This document shows positions 50,490 through 61,645 of a stretch of 64,000 nucleotides of DNA, one piece after another (the stretch's first letter is position 1; every line of letters begins with the position of its first letter). The stretch covers positions 248,001-312,000 of the forward strand of contig NW_026250433.1 in NCBI RefSeq assembly GCF_024521635.1, read 5' to 3'. Both the position numbers and the translations under genes were made by a program. The notes beneath the pieces are model-generated. The model worked only from the letters and a program-made list of their open reading frames with translations. It did not search any database and was not told the origin of the DNA. Source of the DNA: Tricharina praecox. Taxonomy: Eukaryota.

Positions 50490-52023
50490 GAGAGAGTGGA
50501 GGGGATTGCGGCGGTCTACGGTACACTATACTGATGGGGAAGGATGGGCGTTCAGGATCGGGATTGGCATTGGGTTTATCTGTTCTGCGTGTTTCGTCAG
50601 AATTTACGCGTTTTGCTTGGTTCCCGCGGCGTTCGCTGCTCATCGCGCTTCTTAAAGTTTTACATACACATGACGAGAGACGAGTCGGCAACAACGCGAC
50701 GACACCCGCCTGCCTGAGCAGTGGGGTTCCAACTGATGAAATACACGTTTCGTTCTGTTTTTCTTTTCTTTTGTTCTTTGCTCGCATCTCACGCATCACA
50801 CGCAGAACTTTAACACCTGGCACTCCCCCGCCCCGTTAATCTGAACTAAACTGAAATCAAGATTCCATCTCATCTCTCTCTCTTCACTCTCTTCACGATA
50901 TGTCGGCCCAAAGCGAATCCCACCCCCCGTCTTTAATATGGAGGTGGGGATTATAATAGGCAAGTAATTCATCGGTCTGGATCCCAAAACTAAAATTTGC
51001 GGCGAGACGTCGGGTGTCTATAGGTCTGCGCAAGGGTATGTTGAGGATCGGTATATATGTTTTATGTAAAGAAGGAAGGGAAAAAAAAGTTGCGAGGAAG
51101 AGGGAAGCGGGGTTTTATAGGGAGGCGAGGTGGCTAGCGTCGGGGAAAAATGTAGTGGGGTGCAGACTACCTAGGCATAAAGGGTCACTCGTGTTTGGGG
51201 GGATGGGGTGGTGGGATGAAATCGAATTCTGCTGCACGGAATGTCATGCTCTAAAGACGGCTTTACGGACGTGACGGCACCGCCGGGGCGATCTGAGTTC
51301 ACAGGCGGAACTCGGCGGAGAGCAAATGGAGTGCCATATCATAGCATCAATGATTCGGGCGTTTGAGATTCCGTGGGAAGCAGTAAACACCCAACCAAAG
51401 AAACTGGTACTGGACAAAGAACAAAACAAAGGACCGACCACCCACCCCTATAGATACTGTCTGCAGAGCCACCTGTACACTCTTGCCGTTCTGTAGCGGG
51501 TTCGGACGGCATCCGTATACCCACATGAACATCCCGGGTGGTGATCCGGGTTCAGACTGGCGCAGCGGGGACATTTCCATGGCATTGTTGCTTGTGGGAT
51601 CTCGGACGTGTGTTTTACTGTGAGATTCGATGCTGAAGGTGATTGTGCGAAGTACCTAGGTTGAGGAGGAAGAGAATAGGCAACCGCAGATGTAGTGGTG
51701 GGTTGAAGTGTCTTGTATACACCTAGGCTCCTTTGGTTCCCCTAGAAAGGCATCTTGAGATCTATTTTGCTCTTCTTGAATAAGGGCCAGTAATTCCATA
51801 CAAAGGCGTTTGCCAGGCCTTCAAAGACGGCGACAAGTCGATACCTCCGGGTGATGCAGTGTGAACATCAGTCAGCGCCAAGCCGTATGCCATTCCAGCG
51901 CCTTCTCCCCCCAGCAAAGCGGCGGTCAGATCCGGTCAGGAGCTTCATTTCGATATTACCTACCCTTACCTTCAACTCTCACATCCACCACCACCACCTC
52001 ATCCGAACCCGCCGCCAGCAATA

Positions 52024-52535
52024 ATGTGGTATGAAACCTTTCCCGCTCGCTCACCCCTCTCCCCCACCCACCCCTCGACTAATTTTCTAACGCGGTAGGA
52101 CGGCGACAGCAAACATATCCTGAACGCCCAAGTCGCGATCCGCAGCCCGTGCTGCAAGAAATGGTTCGACTGTGCCGAGTGCCATGCCGAGCGCGAGGAC
52201 CACGCCCTCCTGCAGACCACCGAGATGGTCTTTGCCTGCAAGAAGTGCAAGAAGTGCTTCCGTAAGCAGCTGGCCGATTGGGATGATAGGTTTGTTTTTG
52301 CCACACGGGATGAGGAGGGGGGGAGATGGAGGGCTGATGGTGTGGTAGTGACGAGTACTGTCCTTTCTGCGACAACCGCTTCGTTCTGGATGCTAAAACC
52401 CCGAGTCTCGCGCTGAATGTGGAGGGCGAGGACGTCAGAGTCGATGCGAGGATGCTGAAGGACGAGAGGGTCAAGACGGACGAGCAGAAGACGATATGGA
52501 ATATAGGCGATGACGTTGCCAACAAGCTGGGTTAA
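52024..52535 (+). CDS. CHY-type zinc finger protein
   Basis: ATGTG|C gives MCKHILNAQVAIRSPCCKKWFDCAECH; CKKCKKCF; YCPFCDN; 2 introns. Confidence 0.9.
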
Positions 52536-52717
52536 TGGCGGTTGAGCTTCTGTTCAGTTTGGATGGCATGGGGTTGGGCGCATTGGTTGGGGAGCTACAT
52601 ATCACTACATATTGCTTGCATCACGGAGTCCATCACAACACGAGCCATGATTCTACTTTTTGTTCACTGCAGATTCCACCTTGTCAATCCCTCGTATCGT
52701 GCATTAGTATCCTCAGC

Positions 52718-53761
52718 CTATGACGAAGAGCCCTGTTGACCGCTCTGGTTGCCTTGGCCGCCCTGCCTGTTCTTCTTCCTGGCAGCTTCCTCCTGCTTCT
52801 CCTGCTCAATGCTCTTGACGTAGTTTTCTATCTGCTCATCAGGCATCATCTGCTGCATGTCAGCTCGAAATTCACTGGCCCGAGGTCAAGGGTAGCATAC
52901 CTCCATAGCCTTGCCAGCAGTCATTATGGCGATCTCAATGTTCTTCGCACCAGTCTGAACCACCTCCAACAAGGATTTGACGGTGAGCTTGATCGTTTCC
53001 TCCATGTCCATATCCTCCTTGTAATTCCTCTCCAAGAACTCGCGGACGGTCTTGCTCGACCTTCCGATAGCATTCGCCTTCCACGCGGAGTAGATACCCG
53101 AGGGCTCAGTCTGGTATAGTCTCGGCGTAGAATCGTTCGGATCGAATCCGATGACCAGCGTTGAGATACCGAAAGGCCGCACACCACCACTCTGCGTGTA
53201 CCGCTGCTGGACACCAGCAATGTATTTGGAGATGTACTCGATGGAAACGGGATCCTCGACGGTGAGACGGTGGCTCTGAGCCTCGAGGCGCGCTTTATCG
53301 ACGAGGATTCGGGCGTCGGCATTAAGACCGGCAAAGGCGACGCACACGTGGTTATCGATGAGGCCGATCTTCGAGGGAGTGATCCGGGTGTCCTGGAGCT
53401 TCATCGCCGAGCGCTTCTCGCAGCCAAGGACTACTACGTCCTTGCCTTTGACACCGACCGCGCAGGTTCCTGAGGAGAGAGGTGGTGGTTAGGTAGCTGA
53501 TGGCGGGGTGGCCGGGGCCGCAATCGGAGGTCTTACCTCGCTTGACAGCTTCGAGGGCATATTCGACCTGGAAGACGTGTCCATCGGGACTGTGTACGGT
53601 TTAGCAGGTTGGATCTGGAAATGTACAGAGCTAGTAGATGGATGAATGGATAGGTACCTGAAAACTAGATGGGATGTCAGTTGCGCTGCATTGCGGGAGA
53701 GCTTCGGAGGTGCCCTTTGGCAAGTTTACTTACCACTCAAAGCTCTGTCGTAGGAACCCAT
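52718..53761 (-). CDS. PRE6: 20S proteasome alpha-4 subunit
   Basis: [42 protein letters not shown]; 5 exons. Confidence 0.96.
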
Positions 53762-54152
53762 CTTTTGGAAAGCTGCGGGATGTCGTGAAGATCAAGGACA
53801 GGGCGAGTTTGGAGGAGAAGGAACCTGTAGTTGATGAATGTTGTTGATGGTTGGTTTGGCAGCGGAGAGAACTCGCAACTCTCTGAGGCTCCCACTACAG
53901 CCAAGTCGATTGTCCCGCATCGGAAGTTGCCGCTGACACAGCAGAGTAGCGTCAAACGTAGCCGCCTCAAGCGCCCCCACCATGTGGAGCCGACGGCTGA
54001 TGGAGAAAAATCGTTGACACCTGGTGGGGCAAAACATTGGAAAGCACCCCATGGCCTGGAAGAGCCTTTATTTTCTGTATTGAAATCCGCGCAGTTCTCC
54101 CCTGCTAGTTTAAAGGAAGGCCGACGAGTTACGAAGTTCTACACACATCGCC

Positions 54153-55922
54153 ATGAATCCCGCCATCGTCCTCCGCAATGTCGCGCGCACAGCCACCAGA
54201 CGCCCCGTCGTCGCCGCCGTACCCCGTCAGCGACTGCGAGCTGCTGCCGTCCAGGTGGCTGCGAGACGATCTATCTCATCCACTGAAGTCGCAGGCCCGC
54301 CCGATGCCCCCGCACCCAAGAAGAAGGAGGTCAAATATACCGCTGACTCGTACGTACCGGTGCACGCTTTCACGGAAAGCCGTAGCAACTGCTAATGTGA
54401 TGTCACAGCTACCCCAACATCCAACGCAACTCGCAATTCTCCAAATTGACCCTCGAGGACGTCACGTACTTCGAATCGATATGTCCCGTTGTGTCCATCG
54501 ACAAGGGCGCTAGCCAAGACGAGCTTGAGGCATTCAACACCGACTGGATGCGCAAATACCGCGGACAGACCCGACTCGTCGTCAAGCCCAAAAGTACCGA
54601 GGATGTCTCTAAAATCATCAAGCACTGCAATGAGCGGAAACTCGCTGTCGTCCCGCAGGGTGGCAACACCGGGCTTGTCGGTGGCTCCGTTCCTGTCTTC
54701 GACGAGATTGTCATCAACATGAGCAACATGAACAAGGTCCGCTCGTTCGACGAGGTCTCGGGAATCCTCACTTGCGATGCGGGTGTCGTGCTCGAGGCGG
54801 CGGATAGCTACCTCCGCGAGAAGGGGTACATCTTCCCACTTGACCTGGGCGCGAAAGGATCTTGCCACGTCGGTGGAAACGTCGCTACCAACGCTGGTGG
54901 TCTGCGGCTACTCCGGTATGGCTCGCTCCACGGTACTGTGCTGGGTGTGGAGGTTGTTCTCCCCGACGGAAGAATCCTGGACGACCTCTCTCTTCTCAGG
55001 AAGAACAATACTGGATACGATTTGAAACAGCTGTTCATCGGCTCCGAAGGAACGATTGGAATCATCACTGCTATCTCGATCATCTGCCCGCAGAAGCCCA
55101 CGGCTCAGAACGTCGCCTTCTTTGCGGTTGAGTCATACGAGAAGGCGCAGGAGATCTTCGTCAAGACCAAACAGCAGCTCTCTGAGATCCTCTCGGCATT
55201 CGAGTTCATGGACTCAAGCTCGCAAGCTTTCGTTAAGTTGGTTACCAGAAAAAAGCTGCCATTGGAGACTCAGGCGCCATTTTACGTTCTGATAGAAACG
55301 AGCGGTAGCAACACTGAACATGACAAAGAGGTATCCCTCCACTACTGCCACTCACCAACACAATAATAACTAACATTTGCAGAAACTCGATACCCTCCTG
55401 GAGAACCTCATGGAGAACGAAGACGTCAGCGACGGCACGGTCGCTGAATCCGAGACTCAGATGCGGGAGCTCTGGACATGGCGTGAGGGTATCGCCGAGG
55501 CGCTCGGCCACTACGGCGGAGTATACAAATACGACGTTTCCATTCCTCTATCGGAGCTGTACCTTCTCGTTGAAGACGTCCGCACGCGGATGAAGGAAGT
55601 TGGCCTCCTCACCACGCCCGAGAACCCCGAGGGAATTGTCGTCGACATCGTTGGCTACGGGCACATGGGAGATTCCAACCTCCACCTGAACATCCCCGTG
55701 CGCGGATTCGATAAGCGTGTTGAGAAGGCGTTGGAGCCGTTCATTTACGAGTGGATCCAGAAGAGGAGGGGAAGTATCAGCGCGGAGCATGGATTGGGTG
55801 TCGCGAAGAGCGACTTTGTTGGGTACTCCAGAGGCGAGACGGAGCTCGGTGTCATGAAGGCCATCAAGGGACTGTTTGATCCCAACGGTATCATGAATCC
55901 GTACAAGTACATCAAGGCATAA
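54153..55922 (+). CDS. DLD2: FAD-linked D-2-hydroxyglutarate/D-lactate dehydrogenase, mitochondrial
   Basis: [60 protein letters not shown]. Confidence 0.94.
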
Positions 55923-56189
55923 AAGGGAATGTTAATTTTAGGAGGTTGGAGGCGGTGGATGTATATACCTCATTTTTATGTGAGCATTTGAATTAAGTAT
56001 TTCAACTCAAAAGTGACTGCCATATGTAGCTCCCGGGACCGTGTTGCTTTAATCCTCACCCAATATCACCACGCGTGAGCAGTCACGTGCCCTCAAAAAG
56101 CAACGTGTATAATTCACCCACGCTCGCAAGCTTTCCTTTCAGCAACCTCAACCCACATTTACACCGACGAGCAACCAAACAGCACCACG

Positions 56190-56620
56190 ATGATCCCCCG
56201 ACTGTCGCTTCTCCTGCTCCTCCTGTCGCCGTTACTGGCGTACGCGCAGTTTGGTTTCTTCGACCAAATGTTTAACGGCGGCAGCGGAGGGCGCCAGCGC
56301 GAACAGCAGAACGTTCCCAGCAACAGCGACTGGTACAATCACAACTATGAGGAGGGTGCGTTCCCCCTCCCTACTACTACTAACTACTCTCTTGCTTCGG
56401 GAATGATCATCGCTCATAGTAATGAATAGCCACGTGTAATAAATACCTCTGCTCGGGAACCCTCGCATGCGTCGACAAGCCTACCCACTGTCCCTGCGCG
56501 TTCCCCAAGACCGAGGACAAGTTCGAGCTGCACCCTGACGGACTGGCAATCTGCCTGAGCAAGACCGGAAGGAAGGATACTGCGGCGAGGGTGGCGATGG
56601 CAAGGAAGGGGTTGATGTGA
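56190..56620 (+). CDS. LCL2: Long chronological lifespan protein 2 (secretory, ERAD-linked)
   Basis: Signal peptide, QFGFFDQMF, spliced [22 protein letters not shown]-terminal ARKGL. Confidence 0.9.
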
Positions 56621-56812
56621 GGCGCTGTGATTGGGACACTGGTTTGTTTGCGGGAGGGTGGAAATTGGAATAGGCTGGCACTACAAGTATCATACGAAAT
56701 AACAAATGTTTCCTCATTGTCTCGCTATCCAGCTCCTGAAGCTCCAAACGCCATAATCAAGCAAACAAACAAGCAAGCAAGCAAAGCACCGCCATACATC
56801 CCATCCACCCAG

Positions 56813-58147
56813 CTAATCCCGATTCCTGGAAACCAACCACCGTCTCAACGCGACCTCGCGCACCCCGTACTTCTTCAACAAGTGCTGCACCTCCAATCCC
56901 TCGATCGCGCTCGGCGGCGGAACCTCAACGTACACCAGTATGAGCGTCTTCTTGACCTGCGCGCTGACACGGTTGACGCTGTGCAGCCAGTGCCACGGCT
57001 TCGACTCGTTCTTTTTGCGCCCGACGTCGGTGGCCCAGTAGGGGTGTGAGTAAGCAGGCATGACAAGGACGCCGAATTCCGCGTGGGAGAAGACGGGGCC
57101 ACGGTTGTAGAGGACTATTGCATGTCTGTTAGCCATCGTGATGACACACGTGTGATGTGCGAGTGTGTGAGCTTACGGTATTCCACGCCGAACTTCACGC
57201 CAGGCCTGACGACCCAGCCCAACGAGCGGAAGTGGTGATATACGACGTAGTTGAGTAGGAAGGTATCATCGGGTTGAAGATCGGTTTCATCAAGAGGTGG
57301 GAAATACGAGTGTTTTCGGAACAAGCACAGGGCATCGCACACTTCAATGGACTTCTATGATACCAGGAGTATTAGATTTATTGTCTAGATAATAGCAGCG
57401 AAGAAGCACGGCAGCACACACATTTTCTTCAGGTCCTGGTCCCGTAATCCTGAGGGCGCCCAAGCCACATTGCAAGAAAAATGCCTCTTCTAAAGTCAGC
57501 TGCAAGTGCTCAAGATCTTCCACATGGACGACTGGTTTATCTTGCAGCGCATCTTCCTCGTCCTCATCGTCCCCTTCGAGAGGGACGAGTGGCGAAGCAG
57601 CGGCGTCAGGCTCCACCGAACCACCCTCACCAGTTTCCAACAGCTCGATCTTCCCCTCCTGAGCCAACTGATTCTGGATCCTCTCTTTCTCAGCTCTTGC
57701 ACGCTCTAACTTGAACTGGCGCCTATCCTGCCTGCGACGCTCCGTGATCTCCTCCGCCGTTAGATCCTCATTTTTACCAATGACACCGAGGGCCCTTCTC
57801 CTGCGGGAAATCCACGTGGGTTCGGACCGCGACAACGATCCTTTGCCAAAGAACCCGTTGTTCCAGAAAGCCTGGATGGATCGCGTTTCCACAACATGCA
57901 CCGACCGTGTAGCGGGATTGAAGAACCCCGTATACGCCGGAACGGGCTGGCACGGCGACCGACAGAATAGATACGTGTACAAGATTTGTAGGAGCGACAG
58001 CGGGTTGTGGGGGATCAGGGGAGAGAACGGGATGACTGTGAGAGGAAGGGGATTGGCGTGGAGCAAGTGATAGTTTGGCCGCTTTGTCCTCGGTTGAGGG
58101 GGCTTGATGTTTGCGGTGGCCGCCGCGGGTGTTGGTGTTGAACTCAT
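56813..58147 (-). CDS. SEN2: tRNA-splicing endonuclease subunit Sen2
   Basis: GFFGKGSLSRSEP, EHLQLTLEEAFFL, YHHFRSLGWVVRPGVKFG, LYNRGPVFSHAEF, NRVSAQVKK. Confidence 0.95.
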
Positions 58148-58236
58148 GTTATCTGTTTCACCATCTACTTCTTCGTAACGAGTCAGCCATGTTCTCCTGC
58201 AAGTGCTAGTGATAACAAAATGTGCTGGTTCTGATG

Positions 58237-58335
58237 TCGCTCAGATACCGTTGTAGTCAAAGATTGTGCCATCATTGAGGAGCGAACAAAGTCAACGCCG
58301 CTCCCCTAGGCGCAATATTGGTGTCATCAACGCGA
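58237..58335 (-). ncRNA. snR79: Box C/D snoRNA, snR79-like (predicted guide for the 18S Cm1007-equivalent site), intronic
   Basis: Terminal stem TCGC/GCGA; box C TGATGA (58329-58324); C' TGATGG (58274-58269); box D CTGA (58244-58241) preceded by guide GACTACAACGGTAT, complementary to 18S AUACCGUCGUAGUC (recalled yeast sequence, one mismatch); lies within GTATGC..CAG intron 58389-58197. Confidence 0.85.
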
Positions 58336-58905
58336 CGGAGGATATAGTCCTCGTTTAGAGATGCAGCAGAAAGAATTGCGGAAGCATACCTTTTAGAAAT
58401 GAGTGTTGTGGATGGGGTTGAGGTAGGAGGTGAGGACGGAGAGAAAAGAGAGAAGTTTGAAGAGTCAGAGGAGGGATAAAAGAGAAGACGAGGATGACTG
58501 AAAAGCGGAATTTAAACCCCGCCAAAGGCGCTAAACTTCGCCGACAGAGACTGCGGGCTAGGGTTCGAGTGAGTGAGTGGGGTGGAGGGGGGCTCACTGC
58601 CGCCCGCATGGAAACTGGAAACTCTCTTCGGTCGCTACGTTGTGGTTATGGCAGATGGAACGCGGCATGTAGTCAGATAAATATGTGGTATTAGAGAGAA
58701 ATCCCGGAGACGAGTGAGTGCGCTGTGAATTTCGCACAGAATATGACCGCTGCACACCGCCGTCAATCGCCAATCTCTTGAGCCCAACTCCAGTAAATAC
58801 AGGTCTATTGTATACACTGGCAAATGCATATTGTACACGGGTCACCTTGCGGGCCTCTCCCGGGCGCCCTGAATTTTGCCCTCATCCATCCACACTGCCC
58901 TCCAT

Positions 58906-59951
58906 CTATGTTGACGGCGACGGCGCTGGGTCCGGCGCTGAATCCGGCGAAGCCGACGCCGCCTTCCTGGTCTTCGTCAGGATTCGATCGCGAATGAACT
59001 GCACGGCCACGTCACCGCCCTTCTGCAGGGCCACCGCTCCGGTAATCGCGAAGAGGCACTCAAGGGCTACGGGTTGCTGGCCAGATCGCTTCAAGTCCGA
59101 GATCTATTACAGTGGTTAATCAATGCATTCACTCGGCAATAGTTGGCTAAGTGGTGGCGTTCTGTACCTCTGCCGGCTTCCACCGCATCACATTTGGCAA
59201 CCCGACTTCCTCAATCAAGGGCATCAGACGGCTCTCGCTCATAAGACCTTCGATTCGTGCTCCAGTGATGTTCTCAAGGCTCTTGTAGTCTTCGTGGACG
59301 AATGGCTCTGGGTTCTGGTACAGCGATCCCTCCAGAGATTTATAGACCGACGGCTTGGGTTCCTTCGGCCCTCCCTTAAGCGGTACAGACAAGAGGTGGA
59401 TAGATATCTGGGTCTGAAGGAGCCGTTTACCTATAAGGGTAATTGTATCAGCATCTGTCGCTCGTCCTCGCCGAGATATTAAACGATGGCAGGCTGCCTT
59501 AGCGGCGTCGCCGTTGTCCCGCCGCCACCGAGAAGGAAACCATACCCAAGAACTTCAACTTCGAGTTGAACGGCTGCCGTCCGTGATCGAAAGTCTTGTG
59601 CGTGACCGCCTGCCACTTGACATCCTCGGACAATCCCAGGTCCTTCCCGAAAAGCTTCAGATACATGGCATCCAGCACCTCCAAATCATCGTTCACCAAG
59701 AACTCCTTGCGCACACGGTGTGCGATCGGCGCCCGAGGCTGAGGACGGACGTTCTGGAACCGCTCTCCTTGTGTGTATGATAGCCGGGCGGGTCTCCGTT
59801 CGTACTGCTTCCGCTCGTACTGCTGTTCTTCGTGTATGCATCGCTGCTGCGCCGAAGGAAGAATTTGTCGGTTCGGTGTGAATCCGAGCGGGGGCCGCCG
59901 CAGTGTGAGCGACAACAGGGACGAGGCCTGTCGGGATGTCTGGAAGGCCAT
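58906..59951 (-). CDS. MRPL15: Mitochondrial ribosomal large-subunit protein mL57 (RNase III-like)
   Basis: VKWQAVTHKTFDHGRQPFNSKLKFLG|KR, MRWKP, LFAITGAVALQKGG; 2 introns. Confidence 0.9.
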
Positions 59952-60351
59952 TGTGGTGCGGGAGGAGGAGCTGAGCTGGTGACCAAAAAAAACTGACTTG
60001 ATTGAGTTTCTGTGAAGGATCTAAAGCGGGTAACAAACCAACCACCCAATCGCTTCAGATGAGGGTGGGGCACGTGTAGTGCGGCTCTGCTTGGATTCTG
60101 TCTTTTCTAGGGTCTCGGGATGCTGTTGGAACGGATTGAAGATCTAGAGAGTATGGAATTATATGTACTCTACTTTCTTGTTAATGTCATGCAGTTAGGT
60201 CTCGCTCCCGTCGGTTTCTGTTGCCGAGAACGATTTTAGGTGGGTCTCATCAGCCCCTCTTTGCCCCACCATCGATCATCCCACTGCTGCTTGTATCACT
60301 ACATATCGCCACGCGACATCTACAACGACCGACAGATCTCAATCCGCTTCA

Positions 60352-61080
60352 ATGTCTCGAATCCCCGAACCCTCCGACTTTCCGGGTGATATGGTCATCA
60401 CGATTATTGCGCCTCGAAAGGACGGCCCAGTCGAAAACATCCTGATCCTCCTTCACGGACTCGGCGACTCTCACTCGCCGTTCGCAGCCCTGGGCAAGAA
60501 CTTCAACTTCCCCGAAACCACGTGTCTAGCTGTCAGAGCTCCCACGATGCTGCCGTTCAATCCGAATGGCTTTCACTGGGGCGACGATCTGATCTTCGAC
60601 TCTTCTACTGGTGGACTGGATATGGAGGCTGATTTCACCTCCGCTCACAAGCTCATGAAGACGATTATTGATGATACTTTGGTGGGCAAGTGTGGCTGGA
60701 AGAGGCGGGCGATCTTCCTCTTGGGATTGGGGCAAGGCGGAATGCTGGCTCTGGACCTTGCGTCGAGGCTTCCGCCGAGCGAGGAGTTTGGCGGCGTTGT
60801 TTCCCTTGGTGGACCACTGCCGAACACGGCCCCTTCACCTCATCCGAAGGCGAAGACACCAGTGATGGTCATGGGGGCAGAGAAGAACTCGGAGGTCACT
60901 GAGGGCGTTGAAGCTCGTGTGAATGAGGTCTTCGAGTTTGTCGAGATTGTCAAGTGGCGTGGCAGGACTGGGGATGGCGTGATGAAGAACCAGGAGGAAG
61001 CTATGCCGATGATGCGGTTCATGGCGAGAAGGCTTAGAAGTCGTGCTGGCATCCCGGCAGGAGCTGTTGAGCTGTCTTGA
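60352..61080 (+). CDS. Phospholipase/carboxylesterase-family (APT1-like) alpha/beta-hydrolase fold protein lacking the nucleophile Ser
   Basis: LILLHGLGD, IFLLGLGQGG, GVVSLGG, TPVMV. Confidence 0.85.
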   Translation: MSRIPEPSDFPGDMVITIIAPRKDGPVENILILLHGLGDSHSPFAALGKNFNFPETTCLAVRAPTMLPFNPNGFHWGDDLIFDSSTGGLDMEADFTSAHKLMKTIIDDTLVGKCGWKRRAIFLLGLGQGGMLALDLASRLPPSEEFGGVVSLGGPLPNTAPSPHPKAKTPVMVMGAEKNSEVTEGVEARVNEVFEFVEIVKWRGRTGDGVMKNQEEAMPMMRFMARRLRSRAGIPAGAVELS

Positions 61081-61645
61081 TTGGATATTGTTCTGGTAAT
61101 TGTTTTTAATGAACCAATGAGAACAATCCAACGGCAGTTCTGCTTTCTGTGCATTGCCTTTAATGGGCTCCTGAACGAGACACATCAAGAGTTTATGTTT
61201 ACTTCGCCCTTCGATCCCAAAACCTCAAGCATCTCCTTCAAGCTTCCGTCGACATTCTCGCACGTTATCGAGGAGAGGCATCGAGTGATAGCGCGATGAA
61301 GCGGCGGAGGATGTGGTCAGTCTTGTTTAAATCGCTAAATTTATATGGCTACATTACGATTAAAGATGATATCTTAAGGATTCTGAATTTCCGGCCAGGC
61401 CACCGGTTGAGGTAGTTCCAACCTATCTCCCATCATGGTCTCTGGAGAAGGAGCCGACTGGACTCCGCCACCTTGTTCCCACCCCCGTCCCCTCCACGCA
61501 CTCGGCCTTGGTTCTCTCCAAAAAATGAGTGAAATTAGTGCAAGTTACTCTATAAACCCTCTTCCCATGAATAGGATATCTCATCAGCACGCATTCATCA
61601 CTCAGACCTCCTATCCGCGCAGTCCAGTCCAGCGCTTCCACAAGC

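Noticed and set aside
50733..50745. Hammerhead-like CTGATGA...GAAA
   Set aside because: No stem II between the core elements and no complete three-way junction.
58241..58258. 18S rRNA-like fragment on the plus strand
   Set aside because: It is the antisense of the snoRNA guide plus box D, not an rRNA gene or pseudogene.
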